A DNA stretch of 63,692 bases, filler included, from Octopus bimaculoides (Eukaryota): NCBI RefSeq assembly GCF_001194135.2. It is 8 parts of 7 records of this genome, joined end to end, with 100 filler letters (N's around TTAATTAATTAA, not from the genome) between each part and the next. Parts side by side here need not be neighbours in the genome. Positions count along the whole stretch, not along the records: positions 17,637 to 27,685 come from NC_068982.1; positions 27,786 to 42,977 come from NC_068983.1; 6 more parts are not named here. The stretch is one strand, 5' to 3'. The notes beneath the pieces were generated by a model, which was not told the origin of the DNA, searched no databases, and worked only from the letters and a program-made list of their open reading frames with translations. This document shows positions 24,621 to 36,830 of this stretch, piece after piece. A program made the position numbers and the translations under genes. The first letter of the stretch is position 1, and each line of letters opens with the position of its first letter.

Positions 24621-25846
24621 ATATAAATGAAAGAAGCAAGCTATAACATGTACACAAGTAGTAAGTGAGACGTGACACGTGGAGATGTGACAAGTTAATT
24701 TCTGGATGTACTAAAACGAATTGAAAGATAGTCTATACTCATGACAGATGTTATTTGACTGTTACATAATTAACGATTGCGTCGAGTTAGAAAGAAAATA
24801 CAAAAGTTCGAAAAGTTTATGATGGTCTATTTGCATAAAAAATCTATGGTTCAGTCCCTGTAGTAATCTGTCAAAGTGTGTGAAAGGAGGAAACTAAAAG
24901 GTCCAATGTTCGCGCGAAAGAAGTTCTGTTACTGTATGTGAAACCTAAGTCTCGGCGGAGTTGCAGAAGTTGACAGAAGTGGTGTCTGAACATCACAAAA
25001 GGAACAGTCTGAAAATTACAGAAGAAACTGGCTGTTTTTTTGTTTGTTTTACAGGTATCGTGAATACACCCGTGTTAAAGCTGAACTGAGCCAGTTAAAT
25101 TAAAACGGAATGAGCTTATAAACGTTCTATTCAGTATATCGTAAGATGATAGCGAAAACCATAGATTTAAAGTGCACGGTTCGAAAAGAATGGAAACGAA
25201 CACGAAGATTGATGTTTCAATCTTTGGTTACTATTGTTGTTTCATGCAGATGAAGTAATTCATTCTTTAAAATATACTAAAATTTCCAACACTGATGGTG
25301 TACAATAGTGTACATCGACTCAGTCATCCCTACTTCAGTGAGTACAATGAACTATACACGTCTCCGACGAAGTCTAAAAACTTAATCATGTCAAGGTTGT
25401 CTCCCATAGTTCCTGCAATAATTAAAATAACATCGATCATTGACAAAGTTTGTCTTTTCCTCATCACATAACTACTCCAAATTAGCTTTTAAACGATTGG
25501 TGCATTCTGTATGTGAACACTAACTTAACTATACAAATATTAGCTTTTAACCTAATCGCGAATCAATAAAAATAAAGTGGTTATTGATCTTAAAGAGCTG
25601 AAAATAATAACAATGAATGAAAATAAAAAAGGGAAAAACTCCGAAAACATTCCATTTCTCCTGTTGATTTAGCTATAAAGTTAACTGTACAAAACATACA
25701 TCCGATTGATAGGAAAATGTATATTATGTCTTGTAACTGAGTACTTTTTCACTTTATCGCAATGCAATTCACACCAGTGTGAACCAATTATAAAAATATA
25801 ATAATAATAAAAAAAATAAAATAATAATAATGTTACTTGTGTGTGT

Positions 25847-25906
<60 letters not shown>

Positions 25907-26682
25907 CTGTATGAGTAACACTCAGTGTTATCGCATCCGAACGATCGGATGCAACTTACTGCAGCAACACAGTATCGTTGCTTTTTATTCCTAAGTCAGC
26001 GCAGAATAACCAGAACAAGCAAACATATAATGAAAGGCATTCCCATGATTGCCTATTTTCTCAAGACTACATATATATGTATGTGTGCGTGTGCGTGTGC
26101 GTGTGCATGAGTGTATGTGTGCGTGTGCGTGAGTGTGTGTGTGTGCGTGTGTATGTGTCCATGTGCGTATGCGAGCAGTGAACAACTACCAAATACCAAA
26201 GGCAGGATTCGAAATCGAATCCGCAGCTTCAAACAAGTCCTCGGCCAATTGTTTTCGCTTTTTGCACTAAGAGATTAATGAGAATAAGCTAACCGCTTAA
26301 ACTTTTTTGAGTTATTCATCGGTCGAAGTTGATTAGAGAGGAAAAATCCTTCGTTTTCACTTGGCCTAATCTAATTACAAAGAATATAAATACGTGAAAC
26401 CAAATAGCTTTCTCTCCTTTAGGGTCGACCCCTCTTTGGTCAAAGAAGTAACACTTTCAGTATGCTGATCAACGCGCGAGAGTAGATCTTTCACCCACTT
26501 TGCTTATCTAGACTGTATTACTCTATGTTTCTTCACTAGTCACAGAGATGAAACTATCTACAGAATGGATTCGAGATCTACAAATAACTTGTGTACACAA
26601 ACAACTATAAAAAGTTATCTTCTATATTTTAACAACTAGCATAATAATCATATAAATAAATGGCCGTCTTAATAATCAAATA

Positions 26683-26716
<34 letters not shown>

Positions 26717-26812
26717 ATCCTTGGTCTGAAGAGTAGCTTGCAGTCTACTCCTCGCTAGGATAATTTACTACTTCCGAGGATCCGCTAGCTATGAAACATA
26801 TGTAGCATGGAT
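26717..26812 (+). ncRNA. Hammerhead-ribozyme motif with extended stem II
   Basis: ATCCTTGGT CTGAAGA GTAGCT ... AGCTAT GAAAC ATAT GTA GCATGGAT; stem II GTAGCT/AGCTAT, palindromic ACATATGT stem III, GUA triplet, imperfect stem I. Confidence 0.65.
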
Positions 26813-27385
26813 TTTATCTACTCTATTTCCTAATTTTTGAATGTTTATTCGCATATACAACAACCCCTGTTGCTAACTGTGAACTATAAAATTAACTTTT
26901 TCAGCTTATCGAACTTCAATACAGGAAAAATTCACAACCTTCTGCGCCAATAAACCACTATTGTTCCTGAAAGTTGTTTTTTTTATATCTTCTACGGATT
27001 GCTTGAAGCTCACCTATTTCCTACTCTTTGATCCTTGAATCTTACCTTTACACACACACAGAGCCTTGCTCCCCATCGATTACGACGGCGAGGGTTCCAG
27101 AATGATCCGATCAAAGGAACAGTATGTTCATGAAATTAATGTGCAAGTGGCTGAGCACTCCATTCACACACACGCGTACCCCTCACGTAGCTGTCAGGGA
27201 AATTCAGCATGATATAGAATGTGACAAAGCTGGCCCTTTGAATTACATGTACAACTCATTTTTGCCAGTTGAATGGACTGAAGCAATGTGACATAAAGTG
27301 TCTTGCTCAAGGACTCAATGCACCGCCTGGAATCGAACTCATGTTTACGATCGTGAGCCGAATATCTTAACCACTAAGTTTCGCG

Positions 27386-27441
<56 letters not shown>

Positions 27442-27795
27442 GTTCCTTTTGTATCTCATCTTTGTTATGGATTTCTATAAGAATGAAACTGTATCCCTTT
27501 ATTTGCCATTTTTTTATATGAAGACCAAGACAAAAACATCCAGAAATAAGTTTGAAACAAAGTTTATTTTAACGGGACCCCTCTTGAAATCTTTTGAGGG
27601 GACACTTCTACACCGAGAGATATACCTAAACCAGTTACACACTAACCCACCTGCGAAAGATCGATGCTAGACGGGTCGAAACGATNNNNNNNNNNNNNNN
27701 NNNNNNNNNNNNNNNNNNNNNNNNNNNNNTTAATTAATTAANNNNNNNNNNNNNNNNNNNNNNNNNNNNNNNNNNNNNNNNNNNNTAAATACAAG

Positions 27796-27843
27796 GTCTT
27801 ACAGCTGTTTCCAGGATATTTATTATATCCCTTCATCGGAGAC
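27796..27843 (-). ncRNA. Minimal hammerhead motif with CCGAUGA core
   Basis: Minus strand GTCT CCGATGA AGGGATAT AATAA ATATCCT G GAAAC AGCT GTA AGAC. Confidence 0.65.
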
Positions 27844-28028
27844 GGTGGGAGAAGATGATTAAGCAATGATTAATTTAGATAAGATAGGAAATAGAGAGAG
27901 AATTGGAGGAACGAAAATAGATGTGAGATATGCAGGGATATTGTATTTATAAATCCATTGTTTAGGCAGAATGGTATACATATAAGATTCCAATACTTTA
28001 TGAGTACTCATAACCATCCTCTCACACT

Positions 28029-28076
28029 GTCTCCGATGAAGGGATATAATAATTATTCTGGAAACAGCTGTAAGAC
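28029..28076 (+). ncRNA. Minimal hammerhead motif with CCGAUGA core, inverted partner of 27796-27843
   Basis: GTCT CCGATGA AGGGATATAATAATTATTCTG GAAAC AGCT GTA AGAC. Confidence 0.6.
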
Positions 28077-28107
28077 CTTCTATTTATAAATGTTCTAAAA
28101 TATACAC

Positions 28108-28467
28108 ACCCTTGGTTTTTTTATCTCATTACGAAAAGTAAATCCTTATATACACACGCTGATATATGGCTTACATTGGACTCCTTATTCGCATAATCAC
28201 CGAACCTGGAGCTTAACTATGGTCTATCCATAGCACTTACTCAGCATTACCTGAAACCTCTGGGTCTAATTGACCTCTGAGAGGTTATGAGCGGTAGTGG
28301 TGTCAATTAGACCCAGAGGTTTCAGGTAATGCTGAGTAAGTGCTATGGATAGACCATAGTTAAGCTCCAGGTTCGGTGATTATGCGAATAAGGAGTCCAA
28401 CGTAAGCCATATATCAGCGTGTGTATGTAAGGATTTACTTTTCGTAATGAGATAAAAAGCCAAGGGT
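28108..28467. repeat. Near-perfect long inverted repeat (foldback), arms ~167 bp, loop 27 nt
   Basis: Left arm 28108-28274 and right arm 28302-28467 are reverse complements with 3 substitutions and 1 indel by eye. Confidence 0.95.
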
Positions 28468-28563
28468 AACACTAGTGTAGCAATAATTGGGTACCCTCCC
28501 AGCAGTATATTGAATAGATATTATCCCTTAGTGGGTTGAACCCTCAACCCCTAACTCTCTCGC

Positions 28564-28605
<42 letters not shown>

Positions 28606-28774
28606 TATGCATACATGCACGCACACTCACACACACACACACATACACATACACATATATATATTTAAGTATGCGTTTATAAACACACTCACATGTGATA
28701 TTAATTCATTCAGTTCACACATTCGCACACACATAGGCGCGCACGCATAAACACACACGTACGCACGCACGCAT

Positions 28775-28830
<56 letters not shown>

Positions 28831-30046
28831 ACGTACGCACACGCACGCACGTACGCACGCATTACCTCTCACCTTCATCCCATACACATCATTCTGAGCT
28901 TTTCTGTATAGTAACTGGCTGTTTATTTAGTTACCCACATTCTTAAAATTACCTTCCGATTAGCGTAAAAATTCGAGAAGCTACTGGAATGTTTTATGTT
29001 ATAATATTAGATATCTTTAACCTGATATTATGAGTGTCTATTAAAAGAGCTGTACTCATATGCTCGAATCTAAATTTACCAATTGCAATCACTTCTTTCT
29101 GTAGCTTGTCAACGTTACCAGTAATCTTCTGTCGTATTTGGATTAGCAGCTTAGTTCTTTTCTGTCAGTTTATTACATTTACGTGCCTCTTGGTTCAGTG
29201 AGATGTTTTAACAGATGATAATTATATTTTCATACCTTCAAAACACATCTTTGATATCTAAACCATTTACACAATGACCTTTGTGTCCCGAAATATAGGT
29301 GACACAAAAAATTTCTATCGCAAGGTAACTTAACTGAAGCATTAAAGATATAAATACCAACAGTGAAGAGATGATATTTATATGTTAAAATAATGCTTGC
29401 TTATATAAGTATCGTTTCTCTATTTGCTACAAGGGCGAATAATGAGGGAATATTACAAGGACAAAGTAGGAAAAACACGAGATAATATAAATATTTATTT
29501 CTTTTTGACTAAGCACAAAGACAGTTTTTGTAGGTAGGTGGTGTAGTCAACTGAACCGTCTGTAATATACGAATGTGAAGGGCGGCACTGAATACAATAA
29601 AACATTTAGGTTTCTCTGAGATCAACGCGTTGTCTTTCGCGTCAAACCAGCAAACGAGGCATGTATTCAGTTGTTCGACCTGCTAAAAGAAAGCAGCCAA
29701 ATGATTCTCATATCCTACACTGCTGTCTTAGAAATAAAGACATTGGACTAGACACGCTACGTCTAAAAAAAAAATGGATGATTAGAAAATCTTTGATCAT
29801 AGGTCTGCTCACTCCCTCTCATCTTTGAAAAATAAAAGTAAATTAAACAACAGCAGATTATTTCAATCAAACAAACTAATTATGCACAATGGTTTATTAT
29901 CTATTTTTTTTTCTTTTCTAGAGTCCCTCTTTAAATATTTGTGTGGGTTAGTTCCCGATGGAAATAATTATATAAGACAAAGACTTATATTATGAAATTA
30001 TATTGGACATTTGCACATCAACTTCAGTTATGCTTTTTACCCTCAG

Positions 30047-30345
30047 ATACGTTCAAGACAACCTTGAAAAAGCGCTGCCTAAAGTAGTCTTCTTGGTAGC
30101 ATTGTGCTCAGGAATGCTCATTGTGTGGTAGGGCTGTGTATTCTGGAGTACAGCATTCTGAATCTGATATGACTAGAGGAGGGCTGCACGGAAAGCAAGA
30201 ATACCGCTGGGTTCTGACTCTGCTATTACGTGCCCTCGGTGTAACCGCAGATTTCATGTCAAAATTGGCCAAATAAACCACCGCAGGACCTTCAAAGTGT
30301 AAAGCTGATAAGCTGGTCATCCTCAGATGCAAGAAGGACAAACCT
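30047..30345 (+). mobile_element. RTE-clade LINE 3' end, frameshifted
   Basis: SAITCPRCNRRFHVKIGQINHRRTFKV* resembles the RTE C-terminal CxxCxRxFxxxIGxxxH motif; followed by a gtcatcctc... tail. Confidence 0.65.
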
Positions 30346-32990
30346 AGTAACTCATATTCTAATCTCGACAAAGATTATTTTGAAATTATGATTAAAGTAT
30401 AAAAAAATGTAGCTGATTTAAATATTTTATTTCCCAGAAAAGTCATGACCTCGCTAAATATCCAGTCTTTTGACAGATACCACCCACTTGTAAGGTCATA
30501 ACGCCAGATGGGGGCGCTGCTGCCAGGTTAAGAACCACTAGTTTACATTAATGTCGAATTCTTAGGCACAGAGTACGTAGTCATAAGGGAAGGGAATTAA
30601 ATATGAGGTTCATCTGTTTGTCCAAGACTACCTTGTGAGATGGAATATTTTGAGTGTCAGCTAATCACCTCTACTGTACATGAACTAATGATATTTAAAT
30701 ATATGTTGCTGTTTAGCCCCAGGTCAGTCCTAATCGAACAGACATATCACAAAAGTGCCTCACCCACGATCATTTCATTTTTTATTTATTTGAAAAAAAA
30801 CATTTCTTTTTATAAACATAGTGTATTTAGGACTAAAATATCTAATGTGTATGCCCTTTCTCGGGACGGTAGAATGCGAGTTGAGGAAGATCATGTGAAC
30901 TAGTTGGCTTCTTAATTATAGCTTTCTTTGACTCATATGATATTTTTACCTTGGGAAGAGTAAGTGGGAAGTTGTGGTGTTCATATAAAGGTTAGCTTCA
31001 GTAGAATGAAATGGGTTTGTAGAAAATATGGCTGTGCAGAGATAACTATAAATTAAGATGGCTCCCTGTTATTTTCTACGTACCACCAGATGTGCAAATC
31101 TCTCGTAGCCAAGTAGTGCTATAATTAAAAGTAGTTAAACTGAAACTGCTTCCAAATGTTGGTGAAGTGCAAGTTTGAGTTATACAACTAACATACAAGG
31201 GAAAATAACGTATTTGAAATAATAATATTAATAAATGAAAAGCTTGCATAAAGATGTAGAAAATACTTATACCTAGAGTTAGTGTTTGTGAAGTCAAATA
31301 TGTAATTCATTGCTGTATAAATAGTGTTATACATATGTTCACGAATTGAAAGTTTCTTTCGGGTGTCACAAGTCGTGAGAGCAGATAATGACAATAAAGT
31401 AGACAGAAAAAGAAAATAACATAAGTAGTACGGAAAATGTAATATGGTGAGTTGATTTCTTGTTCGACTTAAGTGAGATTTGTTGTTTAAAACTCGTTGA
31501 AATGAGAATTCTGTGCGAAGAGGTTCTGTAGATTCTTGTTTTATTGATATCTGTTAAAGAAGTGAGATACAATAATTTAGTGATTTTGTTTTTTTTTGTC
31601 GATTAAAACATGTCACTTACTGAAATTAGCTGAATGAAAGTAGAGAGCCAGTTAGCTTTCTCAAGTGGCAGGGACGTAGCATGGGTGAAACATGGGCGTT
31701 GAGTGAGTTTTAGCCGCCCTATGCGATAGTCAAATTGGTCTCTTCCTTCTTTAAAGTAATATACCATCAATATATGCTTATCCTCGTCCCCACTCGCCAA
31801 AATGGCCTCTCTGTGCGGTTCACACATCCCTCACTACGTCACTGTTGGTTGGGCTACCGAGTAGTTTTTAATTCTGGTTTTATATTGTAAGGCTGTGACT
31901 GAGAGTTTTGGTCCAATAAACAGATGAACGATCAAAACATCACCTAAGCCACGAGATCTTGCATGAGAGTGCTACAGCCAGTAGCAGATGTTTTTTCTTT
32001 TCTTTTCCACAGGTACTTGTGAAAGACACATGCTGGTATTTAGTGCTATAATAATCCAAATATTCGATCTTCATTTAGTGATTCAAGGTAAAGAAATATT
32101 CTGAAGCGATTTCTCAATGCTTCTGAATCTTTTGTCATTTTATAGTACATGCCTTTGTTACAGACATAAACTGTACAACTTTGTGGTACCTACTCCCCAC
32201 CATATGGATTAGAAGATTAATAGTTAAATATTTTGACCACAGTTGTGATTGCAGGGGTCTGTTGCTAGAGTTATCTTGGTTATCATACAGAAAATCAGAG
32301 AATTCAACAGAGTTATTTATCATATCTAGTTTGGTGGCTCAGACATGGGACCAAGTAGGTTCTAGCCACAACTATCAAATCTTTCATATGGCTATAGAAT
32401 ACAACCATCAGGTCTTACATATGGCTATAGAATATCTTGGACAACATTATCTTCTTTTAAGATGGTAGGGTGTGATTTGATGGAGATTTGGTTGTTATTT
32501 CTAGCATAGAGGTTCTCCTGTTGAATCGGTGTTGCTCATATTTTACTTATGTTTTAACCTGCAGGAAGTCAAAGTAAATAACACATCCCCCAGCAATCGG
32601 TGGGAGTCAGCAAAAGTATGCACACTGTCCAACCTGATTTAAATTGTATAATAATTTGAGGAAGAAAAAAAACTATACAGTGATTGATAAGAGTCCTGTC
32701 TCGAAGAAGACAATAAAATTAAAACGCTGAATACTTTGAAAAATAAACGAAGAAGAGAAGCAGTGCTTATGATTTTTGAAATCCAGATTTGTGAGATGAA
32801 TGCGGTTGATGATTAGTTTGAATTCTTAAGGGAATATGTCAGTGGGAAAAGCGAGAGCAAATTTCAAAAAATCACTGAAGGAGCAGTTTTAGGGTAGAAG
32901 GTCTTTGAAATATTCATTGTTATAAATTTGTCATGTCTTCTGTCCTGACTGTTGTTATCTATTGTTTTTATCTTTACTTCAAGAGGTAAA

Positions 32991-33131
32991 CAGTAGTGGT
33001 GAGCTAGAGGATGGGGACGATGGTAACATTCAGCTCCGAGCAGCACTTTTAGGTTGGCTGTATAAACTTGCATAGAAGGCTCAGCAAAGGCTAGGGCCAC
33101 CATTGCGGTACATACTCCAGCTACGCCACTG
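32991..33131. mobile_element. MITE with CAGTGGCGTAGCT-type TIRs
   Basis: Left cagtagtggtgagctagag, right ctccagctacgccactg. Flanks GTAAA/GTAAA (5 bp), or GGTAAAC/GGTAAAC (7 bp) if the termini are AGT..ACT. Confidence 0.7.
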
Positions 33132-33428
33132 GTAAACGCTTTGCTATGGAATGAAATTGTAGTCACAATCTATGTGTAATATTTTCTGTCACGAAATTCT
33201 GCCGAGGTCAATTTTGCGTATCATCAAAATAAGTACCACTTGAACACTGATCAATCTAATCGACTTAGCCTCTTTCCGAAATTTCTGACCTTGTGTTAAA
33301 ATTTGAAACGAATATTATTCTGTCACGATATGACTCCGTTGGTAAAGCTTCAACAAATTCTAATGCACTGCATTACTTCTTTATTTTCGTGTCAGAGAGA
33401 AGTGCATATAGCTGAACAGTCCCTGTAC

Positions 33429-33577
33429 CAGGGGCGGACTGAGCCGTCGGTCAATCAGGTACTGCCCGAGGGCCGGAGCTCTGAGGGGTCAGCACTCTAC
33501 ATGTTAACTTATCAATGCTAAGGGGCTCGGCAAACAGTTATGCCCAAGAGCCTTTAGTATTCTCAGTTCACCCCCTG
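33429..33577. mobile_element. hAT-type MITE
   Basis: TIRs caggggcggactgag / ctcagttcaccccctg; 8-bp TSD ccctgtac / cccagtac (7 of 8). Confidence 0.8.
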
Positions 33578-33884
33578 CCCAGTACAGTAGTTCCCTTCTG
33601 AGCTGCGGATTCTAAACGCATGCACGCGCACGCACGCACACACAGACACACAGACAGACAAACGCATTATCTTATTTAAAATATTTATTCATCAGTTAAG
33701 AATATAACTGCTTTATCTATAACAGATTATGCTTTCGATTGTGTTCCATAGTTTCCAAGTCATCTTCCAAATATAAATGTTGTGCGTGTACAATAGATTA
33801 CGTTTGCCATTGCGTTCCATAGTTTATTAGTCAATTGTTTTACACATTATATGCATATTATATCTGAAATAGATTAGTCTTCGG

Positions 33885-34033
33885 CAGGCGCAGTCCCAGG
33901 AATTTTTCGAAGGAAGGGCAGAATGTTAGAAGGGAATACAATTCCAGGAGAAAAGGGCGTAATAATATTATTTAAAAGGGTGCACTCCTTTTCTTAAGGG
34001 GTGAGGGCACGTGCTCCCACCGGTCCGCCCCTG
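33885..34033. mobile_element. MITE with CAGGGGCGG-type TIRs and 5-bp TSD
   Basis: Left caggcgcagtcccagg (decayed), right ccggtccgcccctg; TTCGG directly on both sides. Confidence 0.6.
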
Positions 34034-34057
34034 TTCGGTTTTGTTAAATGCTTAAAG

Positions 34058-34508
34058 TAGGGGTCGCCAAAGGGGGTCCGAAGGATTTCCTAGGGGTCGA
34101 CGAGGAATTACAGGGGGTCAGTGATAGCCAAGGGGTCGAACGGGGCTCGGCGTAGGAAAGGCCAGCTCACCCGGATGAACTGCTTGAAATACTTAGTCAG
34201 CACCAAGAAACGTGGGAAAACATGAAGGGTTTTTCATATTTTCTAACCGTGCAAACAATTTCATATAAATTGAAAGTTTAATACTGTATACTTGTACACG
34301 TAGTTTTAAATGTCAAAATGTGTCATCTTCAATAAAATTTCTTAATTTGTCGTACGTGTATATTTTCGCTAGTATCAGTACCCGGTATGCACTTAAGATA
34401 TGGTACGGTAGGGTAGGGTATTAAGATATTTTAAATGAGGAAGGTGGTCGATGCGGAAGGAGAAGTGGCTAAAGGGGGTCGATGGTCGAGAAAGTTTGGC
34501 GATCCCTA
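34058..34508. mobile_element. hAT-Charlie-like MITE
   Basis: TIRs taggggtcgccaaa / tttggcgatcccta; 8-bp TSD gcttaaag / gtttaaag (7 of 8). Confidence 0.8.
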
Positions 34509-36178
34509 GTTTAAAGCAATAAATGCATAAACTGTGACAGAGTATCATAAATGACAATGAAAGATTTAATTTATATCCTGGTCTCTTTTCTTGATCATTA
34601 GTTGCACTTGCTATAATTTGCGTATCTAATGTTATTGGACAAGTCATGAATATTATTTGGTTCACACCTTTATAAATCTGCCTTCATATTTCTGTAGGGA
34701 AGCAATTACAACTGTGACGGAAAACACTGCAACTAGAGCAAAATGACCGAGTAGCTAAAGTGGTCGGACGCGAATTTTTTTCCCACGAGAGTTCCGGACC
34801 CCAGTTATGAACTCATTTGCATACAGTCAAACAGAGCTCAACTATCAAATTAATCTATGAGCGTATAACAAGTGATGGGTGATAAGATAAGGTCACTCGG
34901 GTTAAGGAATGACTGTGCTTCTTTTCTCTTAATAATGTTTGTTGTTCTTGTTCTTGTTTCAACCATGGCTACCTCTGCGTAGTTATTTGTGTTGTTGTTT
35001 ACTTTGTAAAACAGTAAGGGCAGAGAGATGCTAGCACATCACCTTCTACCCACATTTTTCTCATCTACATCTTTACCATATGGGGCCCTAACAAAATCCG
35101 ATAATAGTTATAAATGCAAATCTATCTAATTGTTTCCTTCTAAAATCAGGCATAACTTGGCGATCGGTCGACTTACAACACTGTTCTTCGCCTTAAGTTT
35201 ACTTGATAGAGTGTTTGTTAACGTGACAAGGTCAAGGTGAGTTCTGGTTGGCTGTATGCAAATGAGTTCATTACTGGGGTCCGGAACTCTCGTGGGAAAA
35301 ATTTTCGCTGGCTGGGCAATCGTTCGTTGTATCTCTAAGCAATTATTTTACATATTCTTTTTTTTTTTTAGTAGTGCAACCCACCTGATAATCGGTTATG
35401 TTTCTTGCGGCCCCCTTCTCGAAAAAGATTTCCCATGCCTACTTGAGGGATGTGTACAGGCAATAATGGTATATGGTGAGAATCTAATAGGCGATGATGG
35501 GTTGCGGAACGCTTCCAACAGACGCGCGTCATAGAAGCGTTCTTTTTTAATTTATTAATTGGAAACGAAAAAAAAAAAAAAGGGGAAAAAAATACAAACG
35601 TGTAGAATTTCAGCCGTATTCCAGTTCCAAGCCATCGCGTTGTCACTGCTAAATAACATCACCCAGAAAATGAAGTGAACAAATAGAACCAGGGTTTTCA
35701 TCTCATACGCTTCATCACAGAAGTGTGCAGAGGCATGTTACGTCTAAGGCAATGGATCTTTAGGTCGCAACTATTCGTTCGTTCGACTAACTGCTTGTCA
35801 TAGGTTTACTCTATCAGAGATGAGTTCGGGCTAGATAACAGCAACAACACCAACGTGCAACAACAGCAGCAGNNNNNNNNNNNNNNNNNNNNNNNNNNNN
35901 NNNNNNNNNNNNNNNNNNNNNNNNNNNNNNNNNNNNNNNNNNNNNNNNNNNNNNNNNNNNNNNNNNNNNNNNNNNNNNNNNNNNNNNNNNNNNNNNNNNN
36001 NNNNNNNNNNNNNNNNNNNNNNNNNNNNNNNNNNNNNNNNNNNNNNNNNNNNNNNNNNNNNNNNNNNNNNNNNNNNNNNNNNNNNNNNNNNNNNNNNNNN
36101 NNNNNNNNNNNNNNNNNNNNNNNNNNNNNNNNNNNNNNNNNNNNNNNNNNNNNNNNNNNNNNNNNNNNNNNNNNNNNN

Positions 36179-36251
<73 letters not shown>

Positions 36252-36669
36252 ACAATAAGTGTGTGTGTGCGTGTTTAATGGTGGAGAACCATGTTTTTCC
36301 TGAACCCCCACCCTTCAAGTTTCCCTGCATCTTATCACTAAAAGTTCAGGCTGGAATGTGGAATTTGAGAACCAGTTTCACTACAATCTCAAGTTATAAT
36401 TCACATATGGTTATCATAATCATAAGTTTTGTAGTGTATTGATGATAACTTATGAGAAGTTTACAATTGTTTGCCGCCAAAAGTAACTGAATGTCATGGG
36501 TTTAGTTTGGCTTGTAGTGAATCGAGAACGATGATCTCTCACGTGCCATTTGTTGGCGTCCGATAATTATCAAAAATAAGCGTAAAATGATAGCGATATA
36601 ACTCTTTCTAAAAAAAAAAATGTAATAAAAAAAACTTACTTTGGATTATAATGCAGACGGTATAAAACT

Positions 36670-36830
36670 CCCTCCACGACAAGGTCCAGTCCTTATTACG
36701 GTTAGGTGGCTTATGAGTTTCAATAACTCTGAGTGCTATACCAACGAAGCATAAGCTCCTGGTAGAGCCTTCCATGCTGGATAGGTCAAAGGATAGAGGC
36801 TAGAGTAATATGGACCTCTTCTCAGAGATA
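36670..36830 (+). mobile_element. Possible RTE LINE 5'UTR fragment
   Basis: taagctcctggtagagccttccatgctggataggtcaaaggatagaggctag resembles RTE 5'UTRs as recalled; not verified. Confidence 0.3.

Noticed and set aside
35350-35534. ORF after a poly-T acceptor; also ORFs 37502-37705 and 40882-41103
   Set aside because: No recognisable domain or partner exons.
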